Shown here piece after piece: positions 38,445 to 48,945 of a DNA stretch of 64,000 nucleotides. A program made the translations under genes and the position numbers. Positions within the stretch are counted from its first letter, which is position 1; each line of letters opens with the position of its first letter. Under the pieces are notes generated by a model. It did no database searches, was not told the DNA's origin, and saw only the letters and a program-made list of their open reading frames with translations. Source of the DNA: an uncultured Methanosarcinales archaeon (GTDB taxonomy: Archaea > Nanobdellota > Nanobdellia > Woesearchaeales > CAZYIM01); the NCBI GenBank assembly GCA_964647565.1, contig CAZYIM010000001.1, positions 84,184 to 148,183 of the forward strand. Reading direction: 5' to 3'.

Positions 38445-39191
38445 TCATCTGAGATTTATTGGAAAGTACTTGCCATTCGCATGATCGAGTTTTACTATCT
38501 GCTCTTCGATCTGCCTTATCTTGGGTTCGATGACTGCTATTATGAATCCATCTCTTAATGTTTCCATATTATTAGAATAAATCTCATTAGCAAGTTCACA
38601 ATGAGCACTGTCAATAGAGTTAGGGTTAAAAAAAAGTTTGCCCCATTTAGTCTGAGCAAGTTTGATATGATCTTTGGTATGATCCAGGACATTGAACTCA
38701 GGTTGCATTTTCAACTTATTTCCTTGATTGTCATAACCAATGAAAATTTCATCGACACCCTCGTCAACTGCTGAGAAGAGCAGTCCATATTTATTCTTGA
38801 CAAGCACATTAAGGCTCTTATACCTAAGTTCTTCACTATCTAACCTCTCCTTTTGTTCAAGCAACTCCAGATCAACGTTATTACCTGAATAAGGATCAAT
38901 ATAATCGATAAATTTTGTGTTGCCAAATGCTTCAGTTAGACTGTCTGCAAATTCATCCATGTATTCTATTATCATAGAGGAAACTGGCGCCTTGGTTTGG
39001 CAAAGTTCTCTTAACTGTTCGACACTCTCAGTCAGCTCATACCTTTTGAACTGATAGTCAGAAGCGAGCTCACGCAAAGGAGTTTTCTTTTCACTCTTTG
39101 TATTATGCCGAGAATTATCACTGGCGACACCATAAGCTAGCAAGATAATTGAACAAATCGTAGTTAGGATCTTTTTCTTAGTCAATGCCAT
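38445..39191 (-). CDS. Hypothetical protein with N-terminal signal/TM
   Basis: MALTKKK plus hydrophobic stretch; last gene of a four-gene minus-strand operon. Confidence 0.65.
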   Translation of the reverse strand: MALTKKKILTTICSIILLAYGVASDNSRHNTKSEKKTPLRELASDYQFKRYELTESVEQLRELCQTKAPVSSMIIEYMDEFADSLTEAFGNTKFIDYIDPYSGNNVDLELLEQKERLDSEELRYKSLNVLVKNKYGLLFSAVDEGVDEIFIGYDNQGNKLKMQPEFNVLDHTKDHIKLAQTKWGKLFFNPNSIDSAHCELANEIYSNNMETLRDGFIIAVIEPKIRQIEEQIVKLDHANGKYFPINLR

Positions 39192-39211
39192 GATGTCACC
39201 GGAATAAAAAA

Positions 39212-39883
39212 TTAAGCTGCGCCTGCTGGATTTTTTGAATCTTCTTTTTTCTCAGGATTATGTTTAACGAGATTAGACATTCTCGAATACAAGGAGTCCT
39301 TTATTTCTATAAGACCAATAACAGGTTCAGAATCTTTTCCAGTATCATCCTTGTTCATAAAATTTTTAATTTCCCGAGCAATCAATCCACCTGCAATTGA
39401 ACTAAGCATCCTCCTTTCTGGTAAAAGATGGGATCTTAAGAAAGGATGCGTATAACGCTCACACACAATTGGCCCGCCAAATAGAAGATCTTGATTCCAT
39501 TTAATATTTTCCAATTCTAAGTATGGATTCATCTGTACAAGCACATGATTATCATATCCCCTTTCTTCTCTTTTTGCAACAGTCTCGGGATCTTCTACGC
39601 CGTGCCGCTTTAGAGCCATGTTCACAAATACAAAGTCTCCTCTTGTACCGTGCTGCTCGTATTTTTCGAGAGTCTCCATAACTCCAGCATCGTTCATGTC
39701 GTTTCTCAGGTGGTCTCTTTGAGTTCCTTTTTCCATAGCAGAGTTGATGGTCTTGGCCCTTCTCAGCTTCTTGAAGGTCCATCCGACATTTGCACCATGA
39801 AGAAAATTACCTATAGCCTGGTAAAAATTATTTGTATTATCTACTCTTGATTTCAATCCCAAATCTTTTTTATGGTTATACAT
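39212..39883 (-). CDS. Hypothetical protein
   Basis: SD GAGGTGG before ATG 39883. Confidence 0.65.
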   Translation of the reverse strand: MYNHKKDLGLKSRVDNTNNFYQAIGNFLHGANVGWTFKKLRRAKTINSAMEKGTQRDHLRNDMNDAGVMETLEKYEQHGTRGDFVFVNMALKRHGVEDPETVAKREERGYDNHVLVQMNPYLELENIKWNQDLLFGGPIVCERYTHPFLRSHLLPERRMLSSIAGGLIAREIKNFMNKDDTGKDSEPVIGLIEIKDSLYSRMSNLVKHNPEKKEDSKNPAGAA

Positions 39884-39897
39884 TAATTCCACCTCAA

Positions 39898-40497
39898 TTA
39901 TTTTGTTTTATTATTGTCACACTTGTATTCTGGGAAGATTCTCTGGACATCCTGCATAGTTTGTTTTTCATGCATATCCCTGATTCTTTTTTCAGATACT
40001 AAGTCTATATTCCCTTTTTTGGATTGTTTTTTTGCTGCATCATATCTTTCAATTGCATTTATTTGTTTTTCCCGAGCAGCCATATAGTTTTTAGCAGTTT
40101 TGAATTCTGATCTTACAGCTTCATCAAAAGTTTCAACTTCGCCTTCATGAGAAAAGAGACTTTTATAGAATTCTAGTTGGCCTTTGAAAGCATCAAATTC
40201 AGCGTCTATTACAGGTTGATATTGTTCAATATTTTGAAAAGTTCCTGCATGATGATTACTAACCACTGTTGCCCGGACAGCAGTATCATCAATTTCCGCG
40301 TCTTTAAATTGATAAGCTGCTTCTATGATATGTTTTTGTTTTTCAAAAACAATATCTCGATAATTTTTTTTGTTTAACTTTATCGCTCTATAAATAAGAT
40401 TTATAGCTAGAAATACAGGGCTATGTGTGTTGAGTTTCGCCCATGTATCATTGTGTTTTTGTCTTTCAATATCAATAACATCCTCAAGTAATGCCAT
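39898..40497 (-). CDS. Hypothetical protein
   Basis: SD GAGGTGG before ATG 40497. Confidence 0.65.
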   Translation of the reverse strand: MALLEDVIDIERQKHNDTWAKLNTHSPVFLAINLIYRAIKLNKKNYRDIVFEKQKHIIEAAYQFKDAEIDDTAVRATVVSNHHAGTFQNIEQYQPVIDAEFDAFKGQLEFYKSLFSHEGEVETFDEAVRSEFKTAKNYMAAREKQINAIERYDAAKKQSKKGNIDLVSEKRIRDMHEKQTMQDVQRIFPEYKCDNNKTK

Positions 40498-40511
40498 ATT
40501 TTCCACCTCGT

Positions 40512-40760
40512 TTATTTTATAGAATATGCAAATATGCCTCGTTTAGATTTAATGACTCCGCTAACACCTTCGGAAGTTTTCACTTCATTTAAAGTAGCAT
40601 CAGCTCCAAAGACATGCTGAATAAGGGCTGGGTCACAAGGGTCTGCAGCTGCTGCCTGCGGCCCGAACATGCCTCCAACACAATACATTCTATCACGCAT
40701 CTTTTTTTGGAGCTGTTCCATAGCTTCAGGATTTTTTAATATATCATAGTTAGGTGTCAT
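40512..40760 (-). CDS. Small hypothetical protein
   Basis: First gene of operon, TATA 40786-40793. Confidence 0.6.
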   Translation of the reverse strand: MTPNYDILKNPEAMEQLQKKMRDRMYCVGGMFGPQAAAADPCDPALIQHVFGADATLNEVKTSEGVSGVIKSKRGIFAYSIK

Positions 40761-40803
40761 TTTAGTCTATTTATGGATTTGCTAGTATATAAATGTTTCG
40801 GTT

Positions 40804-40827
40804 TTTTACCACTATTTAGTGATGAAA
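40804..40827. promoter_or_regulatory. Same palindromic motif between divergent promoters
   Basis: TTTTACCACT-ATTT-AGTGATGAAA, 10 nt from TATA 40786-40793. Confidence 0.7.
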
Positions 40828-40858
40828 AGGTTAATTTTAAAAAGGACAAAGGCCTTCT

Positions 40859-41407
40859 ATGGCCATAATGAGCGAGAAAAAGCTAACTATGGCCGAAATC
40901 AAGCATGTCATAGATTCTAACAATACAAGACACGTGAAGAGATTCATGAGGGAAAACTTCCCGACCATAGAGAATCTGGAGAACTGGAAACATCTTGAAG
41001 AGATCAAACTAAAGGAGATCTGGGTCGGCGTCAGTCTGGAATATCTCTATCCAGATCGACATACTTCAACCCCCATTGATGACTTGGAAAGAGTGCTGCC
41101 TGGCGGAAAAAGAGGATTACCAGACATACAATGGGAGCCTGTTGTGCACATGCATTACGAGGCATTCACCCAAAGCGAGGATTTCTATGCCCATCTTTGG
41201 ACTCTGCAAGCAGAAGACCAACTTATAAGAGAAGGCATCGTCGATAGGAGAGGGGAATTAAGGAGTCTTTTCCAGGGCTGCACAGTATATCCCAGTTATG
41301 CAATGAGAGATTACAAAAAAATGAACTTCAGGTGCGCCAGGGACATAATCAAAGACGGTTGCCTGGATGTCCAGCTCAAAGTCTACAAGGCATGGCAGAC
41401 CAACTAA
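40859..41407 (+). CDS. Hypothetical protein
   Basis: 182-aa ORF, divergent from operon. Confidence 0.6.
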   Translation: MAIMSEKKLTMAEIKHVIDSNNTRHVKRFMRENFPTIENLENWKHLEEIKLKEIWVGVSLEYLYPDRHTSTPIDDLERVLPGGKRGLPDIQWEPVVHMHYEAFTQSEDFYAHLWTLQAEDQLIREGIVDRRGELRSLFQGCTVYPSYAMRDYKKMNFRCARDIIKDGCLDVQLKVYKAWQTN

Positions 41408-41450
41408 ATTTCAATAAAGCTTAAATAAAACAAACCATTAAAATTTGAAA

Positions 41451-42395
41451 ATGAAAACTTCACAATTCATAAAGTCAATGATCAGCTATTTTGCAAAGAC
41501 AGTTCCAGGTTCAATTGTAAGCACAGTAACTAAAAAACAACCTGAACTGGAAGAAAATGAGTATATTGCAGACCTGCACGCACACCCCTATATTGTGAAG
41601 GAAAAAGACTTGATAGACACCTTGGACATAATGGCGGACAATAATGTCAGCTTGCTGTCCATAACCAGCCACGGCCAGGGCCATAGCAATGAATGCGACC
41701 TGAATATGGCCAAGCAGATTCTAAAATATACAGATTTTGCTAAAAATACTGATTATTTAGAGCTAGAAAATTCTATTCATCTTAACCATCGCGGAAAACA
41801 ACTCACACTTATAGGCGGATTCGAGTATAGCCTGGCTGTTGAAGGTATAAAAGGCAAGATGGATTTTATTGCGCTTATGCCTGACCCGGAGTTTGATAGA
41901 AGTCTTGATCCGAAGTTTGTGACTTTTGAGCAATTCATATCTGCCAGCCAGGAATATAATGCAATAACCATGGCAGCACATCCCTACACACTCTCAGACC
42001 CTTACGGCCCATTCGGCTTTTTCAAGTTTAGATTGGCAGATCAAAAAGAAAGGGAGATAATCAGAGATAATGTTTTTCCAAATGTAGATACTGCAGACCT
42101 GGTGGCATCCAACTGTGCATGGATGGTCTATAGCAATGAACAGGTTGAAGAAGACTATCACGGCAAGCCATTGACTAATTCAGACACTCATGGAGTAAAT
42201 CACTACACCAGAAAAGAGATCGGCAGGGCAGGCAACATATTTTCATTTCCCAGAGAAAAAAGCGATGAAGCCCTCTTAAGAGAAAAACTACATGAAAATA
42301 TCAAGCTTGGAAACTTCAGGTCTTATCTCAACTATACCCCGTCTCTGCAGTTCATTACAGGTGTTGCCTTCAACAAGCTTATGGTGCGACGCTAA
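41451..42395 (+). CDS. PHP-domain metal-dependent phosphoesterase
   Basis: ADLHAH, SITSH, G.E, AAHPY, NSDTH. Confidence 0.75.
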   Translation: MKTSQFIKSMISYFAKTVPGSIVSTVTKKQPELEENEYIADLHAHPYIVKEKDLIDTLDIMADNNVSLLSITSHGQGHSNECDLNMAKQILKYTDFAKNTDYLELENSIHLNHRGKQLTLIGGFEYSLAVEGIKGKMDFIALMPDPEFDRSLDPKFVTFEQFISASQEYNAITMAAHPYTLSDPYGPFGFFKFRLADQKEREIIRDNVFPNVDTADLVASNCAWMVYSNEQVEEDYHGKPLTNSDTHGVNHYTRKEIGRAGNIFSFPREKSDEALLREKLHENIKLGNFRSYLNYTPSLQFITGVAFNKLMVRR

Positions 42396-42730
42396 ACAGC
42401 AGGTCTATTTGGCTCAACAACCTTAATCTCAATTGACTCTGTAGGTATTAGCTGGGTCTTGCCTTTTTCTACAACCATAGGTCTTCTCTTGACAAGTTTG
42501 AAATAACCTTCATTTATTGCAAAGAGATCCTTCTTATTATCAACCAAATCACCCATTCCTCGCATGAACTTAGGAACATTGTCTGATTTCCATATGTAGA
42601 TAGATGTATGATAGTATTGGTGGCCTGTGTCATACTCGCTGTTCATCTTAGCCTCATGGATCTCTATTCCACTATGAGAAAGCTGCCTCATCACAGTCAT
42701 GCCAAGATCAGGGGGATTGTATTGTTCCAT
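42392..42730 (-). CDS. Hypothetical protein
   Basis: 112-aa ORF. Confidence 0.5.
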   Translation of the reverse strand: MEQYNPPDLGMTVMRQLSHSGIEIHEAKMNSEYDTGHQYYHTSIYIWKSDNVPKFMRGMGDLVDNKKDLFAINEGYFKLVKRRPMVVEKGKTQLIPTESIEIKVVEPNRPAV

Positions 42731-42823
42731 TTTATTCTAATAAAACTTCAGTTTTTCTTAAGTCTTTCTGTTTTAGTCTTCAAAAGGGCAAATATTATTA
42801 AATTCAAGCTCATTTCCTATTTT

Positions 42824-43498
42824 ATGCAGGATTTTCATCGATTGGTCAAAGAGGCTTTGGAAGAGGACAGAGTCAAGAATTTTCTAAAAGACTGGAATGC
42901 AGACAAGAACATAAAGCTATCTCTTTCTCCCGCATATGTACATATAAAAAAAAATGCATTTTTCAAGGACACCAGCGGAGTCAACTCTTTGCAGCACATC
43001 TATCAAAGAAGCAAACAGACCAATGATGAGATTGCCTTCACAGCCATCTTTGATCCAGATTTCCTGACTATCCACGAGATCATCAAGGGAAGAACAGGCG
43101 ACAGCAATGCTTGCGACTGGAACAAAGGAAACCTTCTCAAGGAATCCTATAAACAGGCGGATATTGTCAGGTACAAGGTCATGCTCTGCCATACACATCC
43201 AAAGAAGAAATGGACAAATGGCAAGCCTAAGCCATATGGAGCAATATGTTCTAAGATCAAGTGGACAAAAAAAGATTTAAAAGCAGTTCATGATGACGGT
43301 ATTGCCAAGAAGATGCTTGATACAGGCATCTATAAGACATATGGCGGGGATTATTGTGAGATGTACATGAGGGCAAAAGAAGAAGAAAAAGTCTGTGACC
43401 ATTTTCTTATCATAAGCCCCAGATGCAATCAACTCGGAATTTTTAAAATCAAATCTAAAGGTAGAGTGGTCTATCATCCCTGGATATTGATAGATTAA
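42824..43498 (+). CDS. Possible JAB/MPN-like metalloprotein
   Basis: E...CHTHP...S...GGD arrangement with insertions; family call tentative. Confidence 0.45.
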   Translation: MQDFHRLVKEALEEDRVKNFLKDWNADKNIKLSLSPAYVHIKKNAFFKDTSGVNSLQHIYQRSKQTNDEIAFTAIFDPDFLTIHEIIKGRTGDSNACDWNKGNLLKESYKQADIVRYKVMLCHTHPKKKWTNGKPKPYGAICSKIKWTKKDLKAVHDDGIAKKMLDTGIYKTYGGDYCEMYMRAKEEEKVCDHFLIISPRCNQLGIFKIKSKGRVVYHPWILID

Positions 43499-43509
43499 AA
43501 AAAGAAAAA

Positions 43510-45165
43510 TTACATGCCTGGAGGCATACCGCCCATTCCAGGAGGAGGCATTCCACCTGGTGGCATACCGCCACCGCCGCCCATGCTGTCGCCTGCTATG
43601 ACATCATCAATCCTTAATATCATAATTGCAACTTCTGAAGCACTTGAGACTGCCTGGGTCTTGATCTTTAATGGCTCTATGACACCTGATTTCCATGCAT
43701 CCATTGCCTTGCCTGTAAAGACATTCACTCCAGCCCACTTCTGTCCTTTATCATGAGCTGCTTTAAGTTCTGTCAGGACATCGATTGGGTCAAGGCCTGC
43801 GTTTTCTGCCAAGGTCCTTGGTATGATCTCCATTGCCTCTGCAAATGCTAAGGCAGCCAACTGCTCTCTTCCAGAAAGTGAGTCTGAATATTTCCTGAGC
43901 TGTTTTGACAGCTCGATCTCTGGCGAACCTGCGCCTGCAACCACTTTCATGCTTTTCATTGATGCTATGATATCTCCAATCGCGTCTTCCATTGCTCTCT
44001 TGATCTCATCGATTATGTGTTCTGAACCACCGTGCACTAACAAAGTCACGGCCTTAGGATTCTTGCAGTCCTTGACATAGGTCATAGACTCGTCATTGCC
44101 TGTCCTGACCTCTTCAACTTCACCTGCGTTTCCAAGATCTTTAGCAGTTAGTGTCTGAAGCTCTGTAACCACTGATGCTCCTGTTGCCCTTGCCAATTTG
44201 TCCATGTCTGATTTCTTTACTCTTCTCACAGCAAAGATACCTTTCTTGGCCAGGAAGTGTTGTGCCATGTCATCAATGCCCTTTTGGCATATGACTACAT
44301 TGGCGCCTGCCTTTACAATCGCATCGACCATTTTCCTAAGCATGTTCTCTTCCATGTCAAGGAAAGCTTGCAATTTGTCAGGGTCTGTTATCTGGATCTT
44401 GGCATCTGTCTCTGTGTTTTTTATTTCCAGTGCAGAATCAACGAGCACTATCTTGGCATTTTTTATTATGCTCGGCATGCTGCTGTGCACCTTTTCCTTG
44501 TCCAGCACTATACCCTTGATTAAGTCGGTCTCATCTACTGAGCCTCCAACCTTTTTCTCGATCTTGATATCATCTGTATTGATCACAAACTTATCTTCTG
44601 CTTTCTCTGCAACCTGGTAGACTGCATTGACTGCCAAGTCTGCAAGAAGCTCTTTTGAGGACTCTGCACCCTTGCCTGTCATGGCTGTGATAGCTATCTT
44701 TTTTAGGATATCCTTGTTCTTTTCTGTTATGGTCTCAGCCATGTTGTTGAGCACTTTTAATGCCTGGTCTGCTGCCAGCCTATATCCTTTGGCAATCACA
44801 GTAGGATGGATATTCTTTTCAAGCAGATCCTCTGACTGTTTTAGAAGCTCTCCTGCCAATACAACAGCAGTGGTTGTGCCGTCGCCAATCTCGTCTTCCT
44901 GTGTCTTTGCTATCTCAACAACCATCTTTGCAGATGGGTGTTCGACCTTCATCTCTTCGAGTATGGTCACACCATCATTGGTAACAGTAATATCATTCAT
45001 TGAGTCAACAAGCATCTTGTCCATGCCCTTTGGCCCAAGTGTTGTCCTGACTGTCTCAGCGACAAGCTTGGCTGCCAGGATGTTCATTCTCTGAGCATCT
45101 CTACCAGTTGTTCGTTTGGTATCTTCTGGTAAGATAAATATTGGTTGTACATTGTCTTTATTCAT
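43510..45165 (-). CDS. thsA: Thermosome subunit (group II chaperonin)
   Basis: [31 protein letters not shown], Gly/Met/Pro tail; alpha/beta assignment not resolvable. Confidence 0.96.
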   Translation of the reverse strand: MNKDNVQPIFILPEDTKRTTGRDAQRMNILAAKLVAETVRTTLGPKGMDKMLVDSMNDITVTNDGVTILEEMKVEHPSAKMVVEIAKTQEDEIGDGTTTAVVLAGELLKQSEDLLEKNIHPTVIAKGYRLAADQALKVLNNMAETITEKNKDILKKIAITAMTGKGAESSKELLADLAVNAVYQVAEKAEDKFVINTDDIKIEKKVGGSVDETDLIKGIVLDKEKVHSSMPSIIKNAKIVLVDSALEIKNTETDAKIQITDPDKLQAFLDMEENMLRKMVDAIVKAGANVVICQKGIDDMAQHFLAKKGIFAVRRVKKSDMDKLARATGASVVTELQTLTAKDLGNAGEVEEVRTGNDESMTYVKDCKNPKAVTLLVHGGSEHIIDEIKRAMEDAIGDIIASMKSMKVVAGAGSPEIELSKQLRKYSDSLSGREQLAALAFAEAMEIIPRTLAENAGLDPIDVLTELKAAHDKGQKWAGVNVFTGKAMDAWKSGVIEPLKIKTQAVSSASEVAIMILRIDDVIAGDSMGGGGGMPPGGMPPPGMGGMPPGM

Positions 45166-45271
45166 TTTAAAACCCTCTTGTTATCAAGCATAAAATCCCC
45201 TCTGATTTATGCATAAATTCGAGAAAAATCAGTTATATTTAAAGCTTATGGTGATGTGTCTTGTGGAAGTC

Positions 45272-46063
45272 CTAATGTGCACAGTAGAGCCTTGAATGTC
45301 TGCAGACACCGCAATTCTTGAAGAATCCGTCTGTCAGTTCCCAATATGGTCTTTTGTACATGCCTTTTGCATCTTTTTTCAGCCAGTCCATTGCTTGGGG
45401 CATCTTTTTTTCTATAAGTGCCACTTCGTCCCAGGTCAGGTTAGCTCCGTACATTTTGACTGCACCCGTACCTAAAGGAATATCAGAAATCTCATTTAGC
45501 TGTGTTTGTACAGTCCAATTTTGAGGAATCCTCTTAAGAGGTTTTCCTTCGTAGGTTGCGTTTTGTTCTGAATCAAGATCAAGTCTGAAATCAATTGTTT
45601 TGAGACCTGAATTTCCATTTCTGAAATAAAGCTCTAATCTTGATTCTGTCCACCAGCTCATCCTTGCATATTGGAATCGCATACTGGTTGCAGGGGTGAG
45701 AGCATTTTCAAGGGACTCATCTGTAAGTGGGCGAAAGCTCATGCCGCATTTTCTTTTATCTACTGAAAATGTATTTTTTATGCCTTGTACAGCTCCTCGG
45801 CTAGCTTTGTGTCTAGAATCCTTGCCATCAACAGCCAGGTTCACGTTTTTCTTTTCAAGACTGCTTTCAACAGCAGTCAATGCTCCAGGCATATAGTTGA
45901 TTGTAAGCAGCCCTTGATCATGGAACTCAATTATGATAGAGTCTGAATTCTCATTCTTATCAAGAAGGATCTGGCTTAGTTCACTGTCAGCGTATCTTTT
46001 ATTGAGCTCTTCAAATACTCTAGAATTCTTAAATTCAGTGAATATGTGAATTTGGTTTGCCAT
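45272..46063 (-). CDS. Hypothetical protein with C-terminal CxxC...CxH
   Basis: Ends NCGVCRHSRLYCAH. Confidence 0.6.
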   Translation of the reverse strand: MANQIHIFTEFKNSRVFEELNKRYADSELSQILLDKNENSDSIIIEFHDQGLLTINYMPGALTAVESSLEKKNVNLAVDGKDSRHKASRGAVQGIKNTFSVDKRKCGMSFRPLTDESLENALTPATSMRFQYARMSWWTESRLELYFRNGNSGLKTIDFRLDLDSEQNATYEGKPLKRIPQNWTVQTQLNEISDIPLGTGAVKMYGANLTWDEVALIEKKMPQAMDWLKKDAKGMYKRPYWELTDGFFKNCGVCRHSRLYCAH

Positions 46064-46126
46064 AGGGGCTGAAAATCAGTTTTCATTTATAAAGTTTATG
46101 GTTTTTACCCCTGCTTAGTGATTAAT

Positions 46127-46504
46127 TTATATTAAATCAGAAAGAACATCATATTTTACCAATCCAACTTCTTTTAGGTTGTCAGCAGGGAATATGCCTT
46201 TACCGCACAATTCTATACCACTTTCTAATTGATCTTGATAGCAGAACAACAGGTCAACTTTGATGCCTGCCAAGCGCGAATAAGGCTTTGTAATGTCTTT
46301 CATTTCTTCGCACAAGCCCATCGGAAACCCTTCAAGGTCCAGAATCATCCCCCTAATGTGATCATCCAGCACAACTGCAATATCTACGTCGCTATCAGCC
46401 TTCATTGTATTTTTTGAAACAGAACCAAATAGAAGTATCTGGCTGACATATCCCACGTCTTCTAGTTCCCTTATAACTTCATTTGCTAGCTGATTATGGT
46501 TCAT
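46127..46504 (-). CDS. Stand-alone minimal nucleotidyltransferase
   Basis: LFGSV.......SDVDIAVV...KVDL. Confidence 0.8.
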   Translation of the reverse strand: MNHNQLANEVIRELEDVGYVSQILLFGSVSKNTMKADSDVDIAVVLDDHIRGMILDLEGFPMGLCEEMKDITKPYSRLAGIKVDLLFCYQDQLESGIELCGKGIFPADNLKEVGLVKYDVLSDLI

Positions 46505-46553
46505 ATGCGGCAGGAAAAAAGAATATATATTTTAAGTTATTGGATAGTGCTGC

Positions 46554-47198
46554 TCAAAGCTCATCCAGGGCCCCTTCTAGATCCTCTGGTTTTTCTATAT
46601 AGAACAATCTGCCGCCTGTCTTCTCGATGTATTTCTCGAGCTCAAAGGGCAGCAGTTCCTTTAGGAATGGCTTGTAGACGATGACTGAGAATGGAAAGCT
46701 TTCCCCCGCCCTGATATCCTTATGGATCTTCTTCTGCAATACCTTGACGCCATCCTTTTGTCCCATGAACAACTTGTAAAGGTAGAAACCAGCTGATATC
46801 TCTCTTAATGTACCAAGTGAAATACCCAACATCAATATTGCATCGCCAAAGGTACAATAACAAAGGTCCTTCTTGAACCAGTTGTCAGCGTCAATAAACT
46901 CATCAAAGATCTTCTTACCATTCAACTCTGCATCCATAGTGGCGTTCAGGTGCTCAATGCCAAAGTCCTTGTCCTTCATCGGAACAATACCAATAGCTTT
47001 TTTCCCCTTGTGGTGCTTGTATCTCTTGGTCAGTTCAAAATTCGTGCCTTTGTCAGGAGAAAGTATCAGTTCAACATCATCCTTGGCAAGTATCTTGGCA
47101 ATCTCATCTAATTGCTTGTTGAAATCCTCTTTAGAGATATCTAACATCTCACAGAAATGAAAGTCAATGTCTCCTGGTGAAATCAGCGAAAGTCTCAT
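46554..47198 (-). CDS. SLOG/LOG-fold nucleotide-binding protein (tentative)
   Basis: PDKG, AIGIVP, GDAIL.LG.S.GTL.E. Confidence 0.55.
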   Translation of the reverse strand: MRLSLISPGDIDFHFCEMLDISKEDFNKQLDEIAKILAKDDVELILSPDKGTNFELTKRYKHHKGKKAIGIVPMKDKDFGIEHLNATMDAELNGKKIFDEFIDADNWFKKDLCYCTFGDAILMLGISLGTLREISAGFYLYKLFMGQKDGVKVLQKKIHKDIRAGESFPFSVIVYKPFLKELLPFELEKYIEKTGGRLFYIEKPEDLEGALDEL

Positions 47199-48037
47199 TT
47201 TAGTTCGTCCTTTCCGAACACTTGAGAGACAATATTATCCACAAAGACAGCCTCCTTGGTCTCTTCATGCACAGATTGATTGGCAGTAGCCATGCTTAAT
47301 CCTAATAAAGATCCAAAAATCCCAAACGTCAACCTGTTGCTGCCCCTGAACAGAAATCCCCTTCTGCCAATCTCCGGCTCTCCAGTCTCTTTTCGCCTTT
47401 TGCGCTCATATTCAGAACAGGTCATGTCTTTGGGAGGTTTTTTCCACGGAAGCATGTATGTGAACATATCAACTACTGTACTCCTAAGAAGTTCTTTGGG
47501 TTCAGGTCCCTGATTCTCAGGACTGATAACAACAGGCCTTTTGGGCATAGGTTTAAAATCCATAGAATGTCCCAGCAAATACATAAAACCACCAAAAAAG
47601 ATAGGATTCATCAACAAACTCCCAGAGGGTATGGTCCTTTGGCCTGTAATCAATTTATACTGTGCCTCACGCACCTTGTCCTCTTCTGTTCTATTAATCA
47701 GGCTCGGATAAATGTTGTGCCAGCCCAGGTATTTTGCGAAAATCTCATCATGAGCTTCCTTGGTTGTGGTTCTGCCTTCGATTATATCAGACAATAGTGG
47801 ATTATTCTTATTCCACTTATTGAAAGCACTTTTATATGCAACTGTCTTTGTTGTAGCGGGTATATTATAGTCCTTGAAAATGATCTTCAATTCATTGTGA
47901 AGACAAGAATATTGCTTGCCCGGATCATAAGGACGGGTATAGTCTGACTTGAATGTAAGCTTAGCAGGTACTGTTGCAGCAACCGCTCCCCCACCCAAAT
48001 ACTTGATAAAATTCCTTCTTGAAAGGTTTTTTTGCAT
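47195..48037 (-). CDS. Hypothetical protein with two twin-arginine-like motifs
   Basis: SRRNFIK at N-terminus, GRRGFLF near C-terminus; SD GAGGTGA. Confidence 0.6.
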   Translation of the reverse strand: MQKNLSRRNFIKYLGGGAVAATVPAKLTFKSDYTRPYDPGKQYSCLHNELKIIFKDYNIPATTKTVAYKSAFNKWNKNNPLLSDIIEGRTTTKEAHDEIFAKYLGWHNIYPSLINRTEEDKVREAQYKLITGQRTIPSGSLLMNPIFFGGFMYLLGHSMDFKPMPKRPVVISPENQGPEPKELLRSTVVDMFTYMLPWKKPPKDMTCSEYERKRRKETGEPEIGRRGFLFRGSNRLTFGIFGSLLGLSMATANQSVHEETKEAVFVDNIVSQVFGKDELK

Positions 48038-48111
48038 GACCATCACCTCGAATAATTTCATTAAGATTGATATTATTTAAAGCTTATGACACCACCGATG
48101 CAACACAACAT

Positions 48112-48861
48112 CTATTCAAGCAAAAACTTAAGCGCTATCATAAATGATATACCAACTATGAACATGAAGAATGAGAGCAGGGATTTTTTCAACTTGGACT
48201 CCTTATGAAGTTCAGGGATTAAGTCTGATGCGGCAATATATATGAAGCCTCCTGCTGCAAATGGAACCAGGAAACTGGTGAAGCCTTCTACAATGCCTGA
48301 AAGAGCAATACCAACAACAGCTCCTACCATAGCTGTGACTGCAGAGATAAAGTTGAAGAATAGGGCCTTATTTCTCTTCATACCTCCATAGATCAATACC
48401 CCGAAATCGCCGATCTCCTGGGGTATCTCGTGCATTATAACTGCAATCGTGGCTGTGAATCCAAGCTGAAAGCTGGTTATATATGCTGCTGCAATCACCA
48501 ACCCGTCTATGAAGTTATGCAATCCATCTCCAATCAGGTTAAGATATGTGAACATATGTACATCGCAATGCCCGTCGTGGCAGTGCCTCCAGTGCAGGAT
48601 CCTTTCCATCAGGAAAAACACTACAAAGCCAGTCATGACAAAGACCATTACTGCAAGGGGTTCTTTACCCTCAACAGCTTCAGGTATCAGATGAAAGAAC
48701 GCACCTCCCATCAGTGCGCCTGCTGAAAATGCCACAAGCACAAATACAAGCTTGTCAAGCAACTTCTTATTGATTGCTAGAGTGAACACTCCGATAAAAG
48801 ATATCAGGCTGACAGCCAGGGTGCTGAAAAATGCCCATAAAAAGGCAGTATATAGATCCAT
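48112..48861 (-). CDS. ZIP family metal transporter
   Basis: HLIPE, HWRHCH, GLHNFIDG, HEIPQEIGDF, DLIPELH. Confidence 0.93.
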   Translation of the reverse strand: MDLYTAFLWAFFSTLAVSLISFIGVFTLAINKKLLDKLVFVLVAFSAGALMGGAFFHLIPEAVEGKEPLAVMVFVMTGFVVFFLMERILHWRHCHDGHCDVHMFTYLNLIGDGLHNFIDGLVIAAAYITSFQLGFTATIAVIMHEIPQEIGDFGVLIYGGMKRNKALFFNFISAVTAMVGAVVGIALSGIVEGFTSFLVPFAAGGFIYIAASDLIPELHKESKLKKSLLSFFMFIVGISFMIALKFLLE

Positions 48862-48945
48862 GTAACCATCCTAGGATATTGTATTTTATAAAGATTTTGT
48901 TCAGGAAGGGTAATCTTTAAATATTAAGTGCAAAAGGTAAACATT

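Noticed and set aside
43510..43585. GGM/PPG repeats at the thermosome 3' end
   Set aside because: Normal chaperonin C-terminal tail
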